This document shows, one piece after another, positions 19,634 to 29,802 of a DNA stretch of 64,000 nucleotides. The DNA lies in NCBI GenBank assembly GCA_965279375.1, contig OZ257156.1, forward strand, positions 416,001-480,000, in the 5' to 3' direction. Source of the DNA: Gemmatimonas sp. (GTDB taxonomy: Bacteria; Gemmatimonadota; Gemmatimonadetes; Gemmatimonadales; Gemmatimonadaceae). The notes under the pieces are model-generated. The model searched no databases and was not told the origin of the DNA. It saw only the letters and a program-made list of their open reading frames with translations. Numbering within the stretch: the first letter of the stretch is position 1; the number at the start of each line of letters is the position of its first letter. The translations under genes were made by a program, and so were the position numbers.

Positions 19634-21678
19634 CGCTGCTCAACTACGCGATGGGCGAGTGGGTGGAAGGCACGGGCAAGAAGGCTGATCTCATTCACGC
19701 CGTCACCGGCGAGAAGATCGGCGAGGCGTCGAGCGGTGGTCTCGATTTCCAGGCGATGACGCACTACGCGCGCAATGTCGGCGGTCCGGCGCTGCGCGCG
19801 CTGACGTTTCATCAGCGTGCGGCGATGCTCAAGGCGATGGCCAAGCATCTCATGGAGCGCAAGGAAGCGTTCTACGCGCTCTCCGCGATGACCGGCGCGA
19901 CGCGCAGCGACTCGTGGGTGGATATCGACGGCGGCATCGGAACCTTCTTCGCGTACTCGAGCCGTGGGCGGCGTGAGTTTCCCAACGAAACGTTTCATGT
20001 GGAAGGTCCAGCCGAGTCGCTCTCCAAGGGCGGCACGTTCGCTGGCCGCCACATCTGCGTACCGTTGGAAGGCGTCGCGATTCACATCAACGCATTCAAC
20101 TTCCCCTGCTGGGGAATGCTCGAGAAGTTGGCCCCTGCCCTGCTTGCCGGCGTGCCGTGCATCGTGAAGCCGGCCACCGTCACGAGCTATCTGACCGAAG
20201 GCATGTTTCGCGAAATGGTTGCGGCCAACATTCTGCCGCCCGGTGCGATTCAGCTCATCTGCGGCAGCGCGGGTGACTTGCTCGATCATGTGACCGAGCA
20301 GGATGTCGTCGCCTTCACCGGCTCTGCGGCCACCGGCCAGATGCTCAAGGAGGGCAAGGCGATGATGAAGCACTCCGTGCGCTTCAACATGGAGGCCGAT
20401 TCGCTCAACTGCTCCATCCTAGGCCCCGATGCCGTGCCGGGCACCGAGGAGTTCGATCTGTTCGTGAAGGAAGTGGTGCGCGAGATGACGACCAAGGCGG
20501 GGCAGAAGTGCACCGCGATCCGTCGCACGATCGTGCCCAACGGCATGGAAGAAGACGTCATCAAAGCGCTGCGCGCGCGGCTGGAAAAGACCACCATTGG
20601 TGATCCATCCGTGGACGGTGTGCGCATGGGGCCGCTCGCCAGCAAGGGGCAGGTGCGTGACGTGGGCGCTGCGGCCGCGCGCATCGGCGCGAGCGCCGAG
20701 CTGGTGTTTGGTGGCGGTGACTTCAACGTGGTCGGCGCCGATCGTGAGCGCGGCTCGTTCTTCGCGCCGATGCTGATGGCTTGCGCCGATCCGTTCAACC
20801 ACAGCGAGCCGCACGACATCGAAGCGTTCGGCCCGGTCAACACAATCATGCCGTATCGCACGCTCGACGAAGCGATCGAACTCGCCAAGCGGGGTCGCGG
20901 CTCGCTATGCGGCTCGCTCATCACCGCCGATCCGAGCGTGGCACGCAAAGTTGTCATCGGCGTAGCGCCGTATCACGGCCGCCTGATGGTTCTCGACCGC
21001 TCGAGCGCCAAGGAAAGCACGGGACACGGCTCACCGCTCCCCAACCTCGTGCATGGCGGTCCGGGGCGCGCCGGCGGCGGCGAAGAGATGGGCGGCGCGC
21101 GTGGCGTGTTGCACTACATGCAGCGCGCGGCCGTGCAGGGGAGCCCCTCCATGCTCGCCGCCATCACGCGCGAGTGGAGCAAGGGCGCGGCCACCACGAC
21201 CGACGGCATTCATCCGTTCCGCAAGACGTTCGACGAATTGCATGTGGGTGACGCGCACATCACCGGCGAACGACTGATCACGCTGGAAGACGTCGTGAAG
21301 TTCGCGGATCTCAGTGGCGATCACTTCTACGCGCACATGAACGACGACGAGGCGCGCACGAACGGCGTCTTCACCGGTCGCGTGGCACACGGCTACTTCA
21401 TCGTGTCGGCGGCGGCCGGCCTGTTTGTCGATCCGGCGTTAGGCCCCGTGCTCGCCAACTACGGCATGAACAACCTGCGCTTCACCAAGCCGGTGTATCC
21501 GGGCGACACCATCCACGTGCAGCTCACCGTCAAGCAGAAGACGGCCAAGGACACGCCGGAAGGCGGCATCCCGCAGGGCGTCGTGGAGTGGGACGTCGAA
21601 GTGCTCAATCAGGACAACGAGGCGGTCGCCGTCTACTCCATTCTCACACTGGTACGACGGTCAGAGTCATTGTCGTAG
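19630..21678 (+). CDS. paaZ: Bifunctional oxepin-CoA hydrolase/aldehyde dehydrogenase
   Basis: ALDH domain (HINAFNFP, FTGS, EADSLN, GQKCTAIRR, EAFGP) plus C-terminal MaoC domain (SGDHFYAH, AHGYF). ATGA overlap with paaY. Confidence 0.95.
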   Translation: MTLLNYAMGEWVEGTGKKADLIHAVTGEKIGEASSGGLDFQAMTHYARNVGGPALRALTFHQRAAMLKAMAKHLMERKEAFYALSAMTGATRSDSWVDIDGGIGTFFAYSSRGRREFPNETFHVEGPAESLSKGGTFAGRHICVPLEGVAIHINAFNFPCWGMLEKLAPALLAGVPCIVKPATVTSYLTEGMFREMVAANILPPGAIQLICGSAGDLLDHVTEQDVVAFTGSAATGQMLKEGKAMMKHSVRFNMEADSLNCSILGPDAVPGTEEFDLFVKEVVREMTTKAGQKCTAIRRTIVPNGMEEDVIKALRARLEKTTIGDPSVDGVRMGPLASKGQVRDVGAAAARIGASAELVFGGGDFNVVGADRERGSFFAPMLMACADPFNHSEPHDIEAFGPVNTIMPYRTLDEAIELAKRGRGSLCGSLITADPSVARKVVIGVAPYHGRLMVLDRSSAKESTGHGSPLPNLVHGGPGRAGGGEEMGGARGVLHYMQRAAVQGSPSMLAAITREWSKGAATTTDGIHPFRKTFDELHVGDAHITGERLITLEDVVKFADLSGDHFYAHMNDDEARTNGVFTGRVAHGYFIVSAAAGLFVDPALGPVLANYGMNNLRFTKPVYPGDTIHVQLTVKQKTAKDTPEGGIPQGVVEWDVEVLNQDNEAVAVYSILTLVRRSESLS

Positions 21679-21685
21679 CGGCGGC

Positions 21686-21709
21686 CGATCGTCGAGCCTC
21701 CGACGATCG
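21686..21709. terminator. Stem-loop between convergent paaZ and histidine kinase
   Basis: 9-bp stem CGATCGTCG/CGACGATCG with 6-nt loop. Confidence 0.4.
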
Positions 21710-21718
21710 CGAGGGAAC

Positions 21719-22993
21719 TCAGGCGACGCGAGGAAGCAGGAGCGTGACCGTCGTGCCGCTACCGACGGCGGTTTCGACCTGTACGCCTCCGCCTGATTGC
21801 ACCATGACATCGTAGATCATCGACAGCCCAAGGCCGGTGCCTTTGCCTTCTTCCTTGGTCGTGAAGAACGGCTCGAAGATCTTCGACCGAACCTCATCGC
21901 TGATCCCCGTCCCCTCGTCCCGCACCGCGACTGTCATGTAGACGCCGGGGCCGACAGGCGGGGATGTCGGCGCCGACTCAGGGGCGACGACGACTGCACC
22001 GGTCTCGATCGTGACGGTGCCGTTGCCGCGTCCAGCGCTCGCGGTGGCGTCCCGTGCGTTGACGATGAGATTGAGGATCGCCTGCTGCATCTGATTGACG
22101 TCGACCTGCACGAAGCCTTCCGCGACGCTGGCGCGTACCGTGAGCCGCATCTCGGACGGCAGTGCGCGCTGCAGCAGACGCAACTCCTTGGCCACCAACG
22201 CATCGAGTGTCGTGCGCTGCGTCGTGCCTCGCTCCTTTCGACTGAAAGCGAGGAGGCGGCGCGTCAATTCGGTGGCATGCTCCGTCGCGAGTCCGATCTC
22301 TTCGAGGTGACTCACAACGGCCGCGTCGTCCGCGATCTCCGTGCGCATCAGGTCCACGTTGCCCTGGATGACCGTCAGCAGGTTGTTGAAGTCGTGAGCC
22401 ACACCGCTCGCAAGGCGACCCATCAGCTCCATCTTCTGCACCTGATGCAGATGGACTTCGAGCAATTGCCGTTCGCGCAGACTATCCGCCAGCCGTTCAT
22501 TCGTGAGCGTGAGCTGCTGCGATTGTGAGAGGAGCACTTCATTCGACTCAGCGAGAGCAGCCTCGCGGGCCTGGGCGCGTTCGACCTCTCGAGCGAGCTT
22601 CGCGTCGCGCACCAGCGCACTGACACGCGGAACGAAGAACGGGAGCAGGCTGGCGGTCAGCAGCGAAACAGCGGCGGTCGCCACCATGGTCGCGGTTTCG
22701 ATCGTGCCGCGGCTCGCACCCAAGGGCAGCACACCCATGATGTGCGTTGCCCCGCAGAGGACGATGAATGCGCCGAACAACACGAACACGATCGGGAACG
22801 GCAGTTCGTGGCGGAGGCGTACCACAAGTACGAGCAGCGTGGCCGCGATGGCGAAGTACGACAGCGCAGTCACGATGTCGGCAACGTGAAACGCGGTGCT
22901 GGCCGTCGCGGAAATTCCGGGCGGTGCGGCGTGCGTCGACAGCTGATTGGCAAGCACCTGCATCGCGTACAGCATCGGTCGGAGCCGCCTCAT
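21719..22993 (-). CDS. Sensor histidine kinase with ETR1-like 3-TM ethylene-binding domain
   Basis: N-terminal [11 protein letters not shown]...[13 protein letters not shown]-box [10 protein letters not shown]1, F and G2 boxes ([25 protein letters not shown]). Alternative starts at 22975 and 22963. Confidence 0.92.
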   Translation of the reverse strand: MRRLRPMLYAMQVLANQLSTHAAPPGISATASTAFHVADIVTALSYFAIAATLLVLVVRLRHELPFPIVFVLFGAFIVLCGATHIMGVLPLGASRGTIETATMVATAAVSLLTASLLPFFVPRVSALVRDAKLAREVERAQAREAALAESNEVLLSQSQQLTLTNERLADSLRERQLLEVHLHQVQKMELMGRLASGVAHDFNNLLTVIQGNVDLMRTEIADDAAVVSHLEEIGLATEHATELTRRLLAFSRKERGTTQRTTLDALVAKELRLLQRALPSEMRLTVRASVAEGFVQVDVNQMQQAILNLIVNARDATASAGRGNGTVTIETGAVVVAPESAPTSPPVGPGVYMTVAVRDEGTGISDEVRSKIFEPFFTTKEEGKGTGLGLSMIYDVMVQSGGGVQVETAVGSGTTVTLLLPRVA

Positions 22994-23170
22994 TGAATTC
23001 GAAGTACGCGCTAATTCTGCACCAGTCTGTCCGGAAATCTCCGAACGTGAGTCGGGCTGGTCAATGCAATCGGAGAACTGCACTCGTTCACGTCATGTTC
23101 GATACGGCTGAGTGCGCTCGCCGTCGATAGGAGAATTGAGCGAGCGCGCGACCGTTGCGTCCTGCGACTG

Positions 23171-24889
23171 CTACTGCAGCGACTTTGCCCTCCATGTCTC
23201 GCGTCCACCCATCACCGTCAGCAGCACCTTCGTGCGCGCGATTTGTTCGATCGGCACGGTCAGCACATCCTGCGACAGCACGACGAAGTCGGCGAGCTTC
23301 CCAACGCTGATCGTGCCCTTCTCCTGCTCGTCGAAGCTCGCGTAGGCGGCATCGCGCGTGAAGTGTCGCAGCGCAGCCTCCACCGTGATGCGATGTTCCG
23401 GATACCAGCCGCCGCGCGGAGTACCGTCTGGCATCTGCCGCGTGACCGCGACTGCGATGCCGCGCATCACGTCCATCGGGAAGACGGGATAGTCGCTGCC
23501 GAACGCCTGCACGGCCCCGGCATCGTCGAAGAGCTTGAACGCGTTGGAATGCGACGCGCGCGCGGGCCCGAGCAGCGGGGCGTAGTTCTGGAGCGTGGTC
23601 GCATCGGGGCTTGCGAAGATCGCCTGTGTGGACGCGATGACGCCGAGCGCCTTGAAGCGCGGCAAGTCGCTGAGTGCAGGCACTTCGATGTGCTCGATCC
23701 GATGGCGACGATCGCGCGGGCCGTTCACGCGCGCGGCGTGCTCATACGCATCGAGCGCCATGCGAACCGCGCGATCTCCGATAGCGTGGAGTTCGATCTG
23801 CAGCCCTGCCTTGTCGTACGCCACCACGGCGTCGTTCAATGCCTTCTGTTCCCAGAACGGAAGCCCTTCGCCCCCACCGACGTATGGCTCGAGCATCGCG
23901 GCGGTCTTGGCGTCGACGGTTCCATCCAACATCCCCTTGGCGATGCCGTAGCGCAGCAGCGGAGCGTTTGCTGGCGTATTCGCACCTGCACGTATGCTTT
24001 GCCCTGCTGGTTGACCCGCCCGCGAGTAGCGCGAGAGCTGATCGGCGGTGACGTCATGCGCAAAGGGGACCGATACACGCCACCGCACCTTCAGCGCGCC
24101 GCGAGCAGCAGCCTGCTGCATTGCGTCGAACGTTGCACCGGATGGCTCGCCGGCCGAGGCTTCCTGCAGCGACGTGATGCCGAACGACGCCGCGCGTGTC
24201 ATCTCCGCATCGAGCGTGGCCGCGACTTCTGCCGCCGATGGCGCCGGCACCAACCGCGACACCAGCGCTGCCGCGGACTCCTTGAGCACGCCGGTGAGTT
24301 CGCCCTGTGCGTCGCGATCGAGTTGACCGCGTGGCGGGTCTGCTGTCGCGCGCGTGACACCGGCCAACGCGAGTGCCTTGCTGTTCACGAGTGCCTGATG
24401 CCCATCGCGATCGCGCAGTAGTACCGGTCGGTCTTGGAACAGCAGGTCCAAGTATTTCCGATGCGGCGCGTTCCGCGGAAAGTCGGCGGCGCTCCAGCCG
24501 CGCCCCAGCAACCACGCACCGGCGGGGAGCCCCTGAGACGCCGCACGCAGACGGCGTTGTATCGACTCGACAGAGCCTGCGCCGGCGAGATCCACCTGCT
24601 GTCGAGAGGGCAAATGCCAATGCGCGTCGTTGAATCCCGGCACGACCCGTTGGCCACCGAGATCGACGATGGTGCTCCCAGTGCGTGCGGCCGCGCGCAG
24701 TGCCGCCGATGTGCCGACGGCCACGATCCGATCGCCTCGGACGGTGAATGCCTCCGCCGTGGGCGAGGCGGCATCGCCCGTCCACACCTTTGCGTTGAGA
24801 TAAATCCGGTCGGCAACAACCGTTTGCGCGTCAACCTTCGCGTGGGCCAAACAGAGCGCGCCGACGCTCGCGAGTTGGTGGAATCTCAT
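23171..24889 (-). CDS. Exported amidohydrolase (amidohydro_3/YtcJ-like)
   Basis: Signal peptide; PGFNDAHWH, HAIGDRA, RIEHIE, FGSDYP, GKLADFVVL motifs. Confidence 0.92.
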   Translation of the reverse strand: MRFHQLASVGALCLAHAKVDAQTVVADRIYLNAKVWTGDAASPTAEAFTVRGDRIVAVGTSAALRAAARTGSTIVDLGGQRVVPGFNDAHWHLPSRQQVDLAGAGSVESIQRRLRAASQGLPAGAWLLGRGWSAADFPRNAPHRKYLDLLFQDRPVLLRDRDGHQALVNSKALALAGVTRATADPPRGQLDRDAQGELTGVLKESAAALVSRLVPAPSAAEVAATLDAEMTRAASFGITSLQEASAGEPSGATFDAMQQAAARGALKVRWRVSVPFAHDVTADQLSRYSRAGQPAGQSIRAGANTPANAPLLRYGIAKGMLDGTVDAKTAAMLEPYVGGGEGLPFWEQKALNDAVVAYDKAGLQIELHAIGDRAVRMALDAYEHAARVNGPRDRRHRIEHIEVPALSDLPRFKALGVIASTQAIFASPDATTLQNYAPLLGPARASHSNAFKLFDDAGAVQAFGSDYPVFPMDVMRGIAVAVTRQMPDGTPRGGWYPEHRITVEAALRHFTRDAAYASFDEQEKGTISVGKLADFVVLSQDVLTVPIEQIARTKVLLTVMGGRETWRAKSLQ

Positions 24890-25007
24890 GGCGGAACATT
24901 CGCGCGAGTATTGCAATGCGGCAACAGATGTATGAAGGTTCTATCGAGCCGGACGCGATGTCGCGACGGGTGCACCATGCGAAGACATCTCTTTCGGAGA
25001 CGATGCG

Positions 25008-26768
25008 ATGACCCGGACTTCCCGGGAGGCCACGCGTCTCGTATTGAGCGTGCCGAGCTCGCACGTCCTGCTCGCGCTGACCGCGTACGTGGCGGTCGTG
25101 GTCGCAGCATTCGCGCTGCGCGATGCGCCCGCGGCGCGCGGTGTGACGATCAGTCTTGCCTTCGTCGCCTTCACCAGTGCGGCGCTTTACTTCAACGCGC
25201 GTCGTGTTCGCAGCGAAGTGGATGGCCGCGCGGGCTGGCTCCTGATCTCATTCGCTGGCGCCGTCGCCATTCTGTTCGAGCTCACGCTCGCGGCCGAAGC
25301 GGCCTTTCCGAGCGTCATCGCACCATCTCCGGCACTCTGGCTCACGCAGTCGCTGCTGTCCAACCTCGCGATGTCGGTGGGCATTCTGCTGCTGCCCTAC
25401 GGCACCGAGTCGGTGCGTCATCGCACGCGCATGGCGTGCGATGCGTTCGCGTTCTTCGTCGGGGCGTTTCTCGTCTTCTGGGTGGTCGGCGGGCGTCGCG
25501 AAGTGTACGACTCCGCCCAGCCGCTGCTGACGCGCGTGGAAGCGCTGGTGAGCTACAGCTTCAACGCGCTCGAACTGGGGATCGTGATCTACATCGGCTC
25601 GCGTGCGATGCAGCGATTCCGTGGCCCGCTCGGCTGGTTCCTGCTGGCCTTCTCGGCGCTCACCATCGGATCCGCGGTCGTGGCCTTCGCGCGCGTGCGC
25701 GGCGAGCCGAGTGTCGGCAGCGCAGGTGAACTGGTGCAGATGCTTGCGTTCCCGTTCTTCGTGCTGGCGCCGTTGTCGAAACAGCCGCGGCGCATGGCGT
25801 GGCGCGACGAAGCGTCGCTGGCTGGCGATCTGCTCACTTACGGACCGGTGATGCTGGCGATGCTGATCGTACTGCCCGCAAGCATCGCCTCGGGCACCTC
25901 CGACTTCGTGCTGGTTGCCGGCGTACCACTGCTCGCGTTTCTGCTCCTCTTCCGGCAATTCCTCGCCGTGCGCGATGTGCGCGACCTGAGCCGCACACTC
26001 GAGCAGCGCGTGCTGGAGCGAACCGAGGCGCTGCGTCGGAGTGAGCAGGCGCTGGCGCAGGCGAAGCGTTTGGAAGCGGTCGGTCGCGTCGCCGGCGGCG
26101 TGGCCCACGACTTCAACAACGTGCTGCACGCCATCCAGCTCGCCGCGAGCACGATGGAAGACTCCCCGCAGACGGAGCCTTGGCGCACGGAGCTCAACAT
26201 CATTCGCGATGCCACGCGCACCGGTGCGTCGTTGGCGCGCGAAGTGCTCGACTTCTCCAAACCGGAGCTGGCCGCCGACGAGGACGCGAGCGTAGCCGAC
26301 TCGTTGCGCGCACTCGAGTGGATGCGACACCAGCTTGGCCAGCGACACATTCGCTACGACGTCACGCTGCCGTCGGAGTCGGTGCATGTGCGGCTGGCGC
26401 GCACGCGCCTCGAGCAGGTGCTCGCCAACCTGATCACGAATGCACGCGATGCAGTGGCCGACGGTGGCTCGATTCGCGTCACCGCCGAGCGCACCTGGGT
26501 GGACGACGGCTCGGCGGCGGAGGAGCTGGGGATCCCGTCGGGAGCATACGTGCGGCTCACCGTGGCAGACGACGGCGCGGGGATCGCGGAGGAAGTCATG
26601 CCGCAGATCTTCGAGCCGTATTTCACGACCAAGACGGAGAATGCGGGGACCGGGCTCGGCTTGGCGACCTGCTACAACGTGGTGCGTCGCGCGGGGGGGA
26701 CGGTGACCGTGACGTCCACCCCGGGTGGCGGGGCGACCTTTGATGTGCTGTTGCCGACGGTGGTCTAG
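25008..26768 (+). CDS. Multi-TM sensor histidine kinase
   Basis: About 9 TM helices; AHDFNNVL, NARDA, DDGAGI, FEPYFTTK, GTGLGL motifs. Confidence 0.93.
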   Translation: MTRTSREATRLVLSVPSSHVLLALTAYVAVVVAAFALRDAPAARGVTISLAFVAFTSAALYFNARRVRSEVDGRAGWLLISFAGAVAILFELTLAAEAAFPSVIAPSPALWLTQSLLSNLAMSVGILLLPYGTESVRHRTRMACDAFAFFVGAFLVFWVVGGRREVYDSAQPLLTRVEALVSYSFNALELGIVIYIGSRAMQRFRGPLGWFLLAFSALTIGSAVVAFARVRGEPSVGSAGELVQMLAFPFFVLAPLSKQPRRMAWRDEASLAGDLLTYGPVMLAMLIVLPASIASGTSDFVLVAGVPLLAFLLLFRQFLAVRDVRDLSRTLEQRVLERTEALRRSEQALAQAKRLEAVGRVAGGVAHDFNNVLHAIQLAASTMEDSPQTEPWRTELNIIRDATRTGASLAREVLDFSKPELAADEDASVADSLRALEWMRHQLGQRHIRYDVTLPSESVHVRLARTRLEQVLANLITNARDAVADGGSIRVTAERTWVDDGSAAEELGIPSGAYVRLTVADDGAGIAEEVMPQIFEPYFTTKTENAGTGLGLATCYNVVRRAGGTVTVTSTPGGGATFDVLLPTVV

Positions 26769-26941
26769 CGCCGAGCGGTTCTTCGAGACGCGACCACGCG
26801 CCGTGGTTTGAGAGCGACGCCGTGAGCAGCGTCGCGGTTATGCGTAGCGTTCGCGAGGGGTCAGCCGTAGCATGACACAGAGGTCGCTCCCGTCATCTGG
26901 GCGGGAACGCGGCGCTCGCGTCCATTCTCCGACCGCTGACC

Positions 26942-28903
26942 GTGCTCCGGACCAACCCTGTTTCCCGAATCTCGCGCGCGCTGGCGCCGGCTTTCGCATG
27001 CGCACTCGCGCTATCGTCCGCCGCCCAGACTGCCCAGGCACAAGCACCCAAGCCCGCTGCCAAGTCCAAGTCAGCCCCGGTGAAGCCGGTCTGGCCAGAC
27101 GAAGGCCCGATGACGTGGGCGCCGCGGCCGACGACCGCCGAGATCACGGCCAACGACCTGCGGACGCGCCTGTACGGGTTCGCGGACGACTCGATGATGG
27201 GTCGACGGATCGGAGAGCTGGGGAACTACAAGGCGACCGACTACATCGCCCGTGAGTTCAAGCGACTGGGGCTCAAGCCGGCCGGCGACAACGGCGGGTA
27301 CTTCCAGGAGATGCCCTTTGGCCCGATCGGCTTCGACAGTGCCACCATCGCGCTGACGGTGGGCGGGAAGCCGCTGGCGGTGCGCTCCGATTGGGTGCCG
27401 ATGTCCCCGACGGCAACGAATGGTTTTGGCGGCAAGGCAGCGATGGCCGGCGCGACGGCAGTGTTCGCCGGTCGCTGGGGCGACACGACGGTTGCGCTCG
27501 ATCCCGCGGTGTTCTCGGGCAAGGTCGCGGTCTTCGTCGCGACATCAGCGAATCTGACTGCGCTGGGTCCAGTGGCTGGAAGAGGTGCCGGTGCTGGCGC
27601 TGTGGTGCTTCGATGTGACTCGGTACCGGACAAGTTTGGTGCGGCCGCTGCGGCGGCGGTTGAGGCCAAGGCGCGCGAGACGGCCGCGGCGACGGCGGCG
27701 GCTGGGCGTGGCGGACGGGCTGGCGGCGCGGGTGCGCCAGCAGTTCGGGCAGGCGCGGCGGCAGATCCGCGGGCGGCTGCCGCAGGCGCGATCGGCATCC
27801 TGATTGTTTCGCCGGAGCCGATGAGCACGACGTCACCGTCACCGTTCACCGCACGCATGGCGATGCAACCAACGGGCGCTGCGACCACGGCCGCCGGCAT
27901 TGCGGCGGCCACGATTTCGCCCGCGGCGGCGGCCACGGTCTTCGGCAAGCCCGTCGACCAGCTCTCCGTTGGCGCGGCAGGCCAGACCGTGGGCGGGTCG
28001 TGGAGCTACGAGTGGCGCATGTCCAAGACGCCGGCCCGAAATGTCGTCGCGATCCTTCCGGGCTCGGACCCGGCTCGGGCCAGCGAGTACGTCCTGGTGG
28101 GTGCCCACAACGATCATGTCGGCGTCAACGCCGTGGCGGTGGACCATGACTCGCTCCGCGCGGTGAACACGGTCACGCGCCGACAGGGCCAGAACGATCC
28201 CGTTTGCCGCCCCACCGTCGCCCAGCAACAGCAGATCGACTCACTGATCAAGCGTGCCCGGAGCATCCGGGCGCCCCGTCGCGATTCGATCATGAACGGC
28301 GCCGACGACGATGGCTCCGGCACGGTGGTGCTGCTGGAAATCGCCGAGAAGTTCGCGAAGGAGAAGCCGGCCCGTTCGATCATCTTCGTGTCGCATGAAG
28401 GCGAGGAAGCCGGACTGCTCGGCTCCAAGTGGTTCACCGATCATCCGTCGGTCCCTCTCACGTCCATCGTTGCCGCGCACAACATGGACATGCTGGGCAA
28501 GGGGCGCGCGGACCAGGTGAAGTTCGGCGGCCCGACATCGGTCCAGATGCTGGGGGCGCGCCGAGCCTCGCGCGAGTTCGGCGACGTGATCGATTCAGTG
28601 AACGCCGTCCGCGAAGAGACGATGGCGATCGACAAGACGTGGGACGTGGTGGCCAACCCCATGAACCGCTTCTGCCGCAGCGACCAGGTGAACTATGTCT
28701 ACCACAACGTGCCGGTGACGTACTTCTCGCTGGGCTACGCGCAGGACTATCACCAGCCCACGGACGAGCCGCAGTACATCCAGTACGAGCACTCGGCGCG
28801 GCTGGGACGGTTCATCCACGACGTGATGATGGCCATCGCGAATCGGAAGGATCGATTGGCGCTGACCGGGCCGGACGCGGCGTACCCGACCTGCCGGTTC
28901 TGA
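26942..28903 (+). CDS. Exported M28 family peptidase with PA-like insert
   Basis: Signal peptide; GAHNDH, NGADDDGSG, GEEAGLLGS, NMDM, RSDQ, YHQPTD motifs. Confidence 0.92.
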   Translation: MLRTNPVSRISRALAPAFACALALSSAAQTAQAQAPKPAAKSKSAPVKPVWPDEGPMTWAPRPTTAEITANDLRTRLYGFADDSMMGRRIGELGNYKATDYIAREFKRLGLKPAGDNGGYFQEMPFGPIGFDSATIALTVGGKPLAVRSDWVPMSPTATNGFGGKAAMAGATAVFAGRWGDTTVALDPAVFSGKVAVFVATSANLTALGPVAGRGAGAGAVVLRCDSVPDKFGAAAAAAVEAKARETAAATAAAGRGGRAGGAGAPAVRAGAAADPRAAAAGAIGILIVSPEPMSTTSPSPFTARMAMQPTGAATTAAGIAAATISPAAAATVFGKPVDQLSVGAAGQTVGGSWSYEWRMSKTPARNVVAILPGSDPARASEYVLVGAHNDHVGVNAVAVDHDSLRAVNTVTRRQGQNDPVCRPTVAQQQQIDSLIKRARSIRAPRRDSIMNGADDDGSGTVVLLEIAEKFAKEKPARSIIFVSHEGEEAGLLGSKWFTDHPSVPLTSIVAAHNMDMLGKGRADQVKFGGPTSVQMLGARRASREFGDVIDSVNAVREETMAIDKTWDVVANPMNRFCRSDQVNYVYHNVPVTYFSLGYAQDYHQPTDEPQYIQYEHSARLGRFIHDVMMAIANRKDRLALTGPDAAYPTCRF

Positions 28904-29033
28904 TCCGGTTACCGGCCGGGCGCTTTGCTGGTCGGATACCGGTGAACTCCCGCTCGGCTCCCGGTTACAATACAGCGTGCTTCACGGCGCCCGACGTTCC
29001 CCGGGCGCCCGACCTTCTGAGAGCAATCGCCAT

Positions 29034-29759
29034 ATGGAATCGACCAATCCCGCGCTTCGTACACGTGCCCTTGATGAGCTGAGCCGCCGCGCAGTCGGCG
29101 ACGCCGCCATGACCGTAAGCGGCACCGCCACCAAGACGCTCATCCTGCTGTTGGCCACCGCGTTTTCCGCGGGTCTCGTTTGGACGAAGCCCGAGTCGTG
29201 GGGCGCCGCCATGATGTTCGGCAGCATTGGCGGATTGGTGCTCGCTCTGGCCACCTCGTTCAAGCCCACCTGGGCGCCCGTCACCGCCCCGCTCTATGCC
29301 GTGGTGGAGGGCCTCGCGCTGGGCGCGATCTCGGGTCTGTTCAACGCGCGCTTCGCCGGCCTGCCGATGATGGCTGTCTCGGCGACGCTCGTCACCGCAT
29401 TGCTCCTGTTCGCCGCGTACCGCGCGCGTCTGATCACCGTCACGGAGCGCATGCGTGCGGTCGCCAGCATGGCGTTGCTTGGACTGCTCGCCACGTATCT
29501 CGTGCAGTTCGTGCTCGGCTTCTTCAACATCGCCGTCCCGTTCATCAACGGCGGCGGCATGCTGGGGATCGGTTTCAGCCTGTTCAGCACCGGCCTGGCG
29601 GCGTTCTTCCTGTTGCTCGACATGGATCGCGTGGAGCAGATGGTGCGCTCCGGCATGCCCAAGTCGATGGAGTGGTACGGCGCCTTCGGCTTCCTCGTGA
29701 CGCTGATCTGGCTCTACATCGAAATGCTCAAGCTCCTGAACAAGCTCAATCGGCGCTAA
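29034..29759 (+). CDS. Bax inhibitor-1/YccA-like membrane protein
   Basis: STNPAL, MTVSGT..KT, YAVVEGL.LG.IS and EWYGAFGFLVTLIWLYIE.L.L motifs; 7 TM. Confidence 0.9.
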   Translation: MESTNPALRTRALDELSRRAVGDAAMTVSGTATKTLILLLATAFSAGLVWTKPESWGAAMMFGSIGGLVLALATSFKPTWAPVTAPLYAVVEGLALGAISGLFNARFAGLPMMAVSATLVTALLLFAAYRARLITVTERMRAVASMALLGLLATYLVQFVLGFFNIAVPFINGGGMLGIGFSLFSTGLAAFFLLLDMDRVEQMVRSGMPKSMEWYGAFGFLVTLIWLYIEMLKLLNKLNRR

Positions 29760-29802
29760 GCACGCGCGCACGACCGCAGTTCCCCACCGGCGAAGATCTG
29801 TC

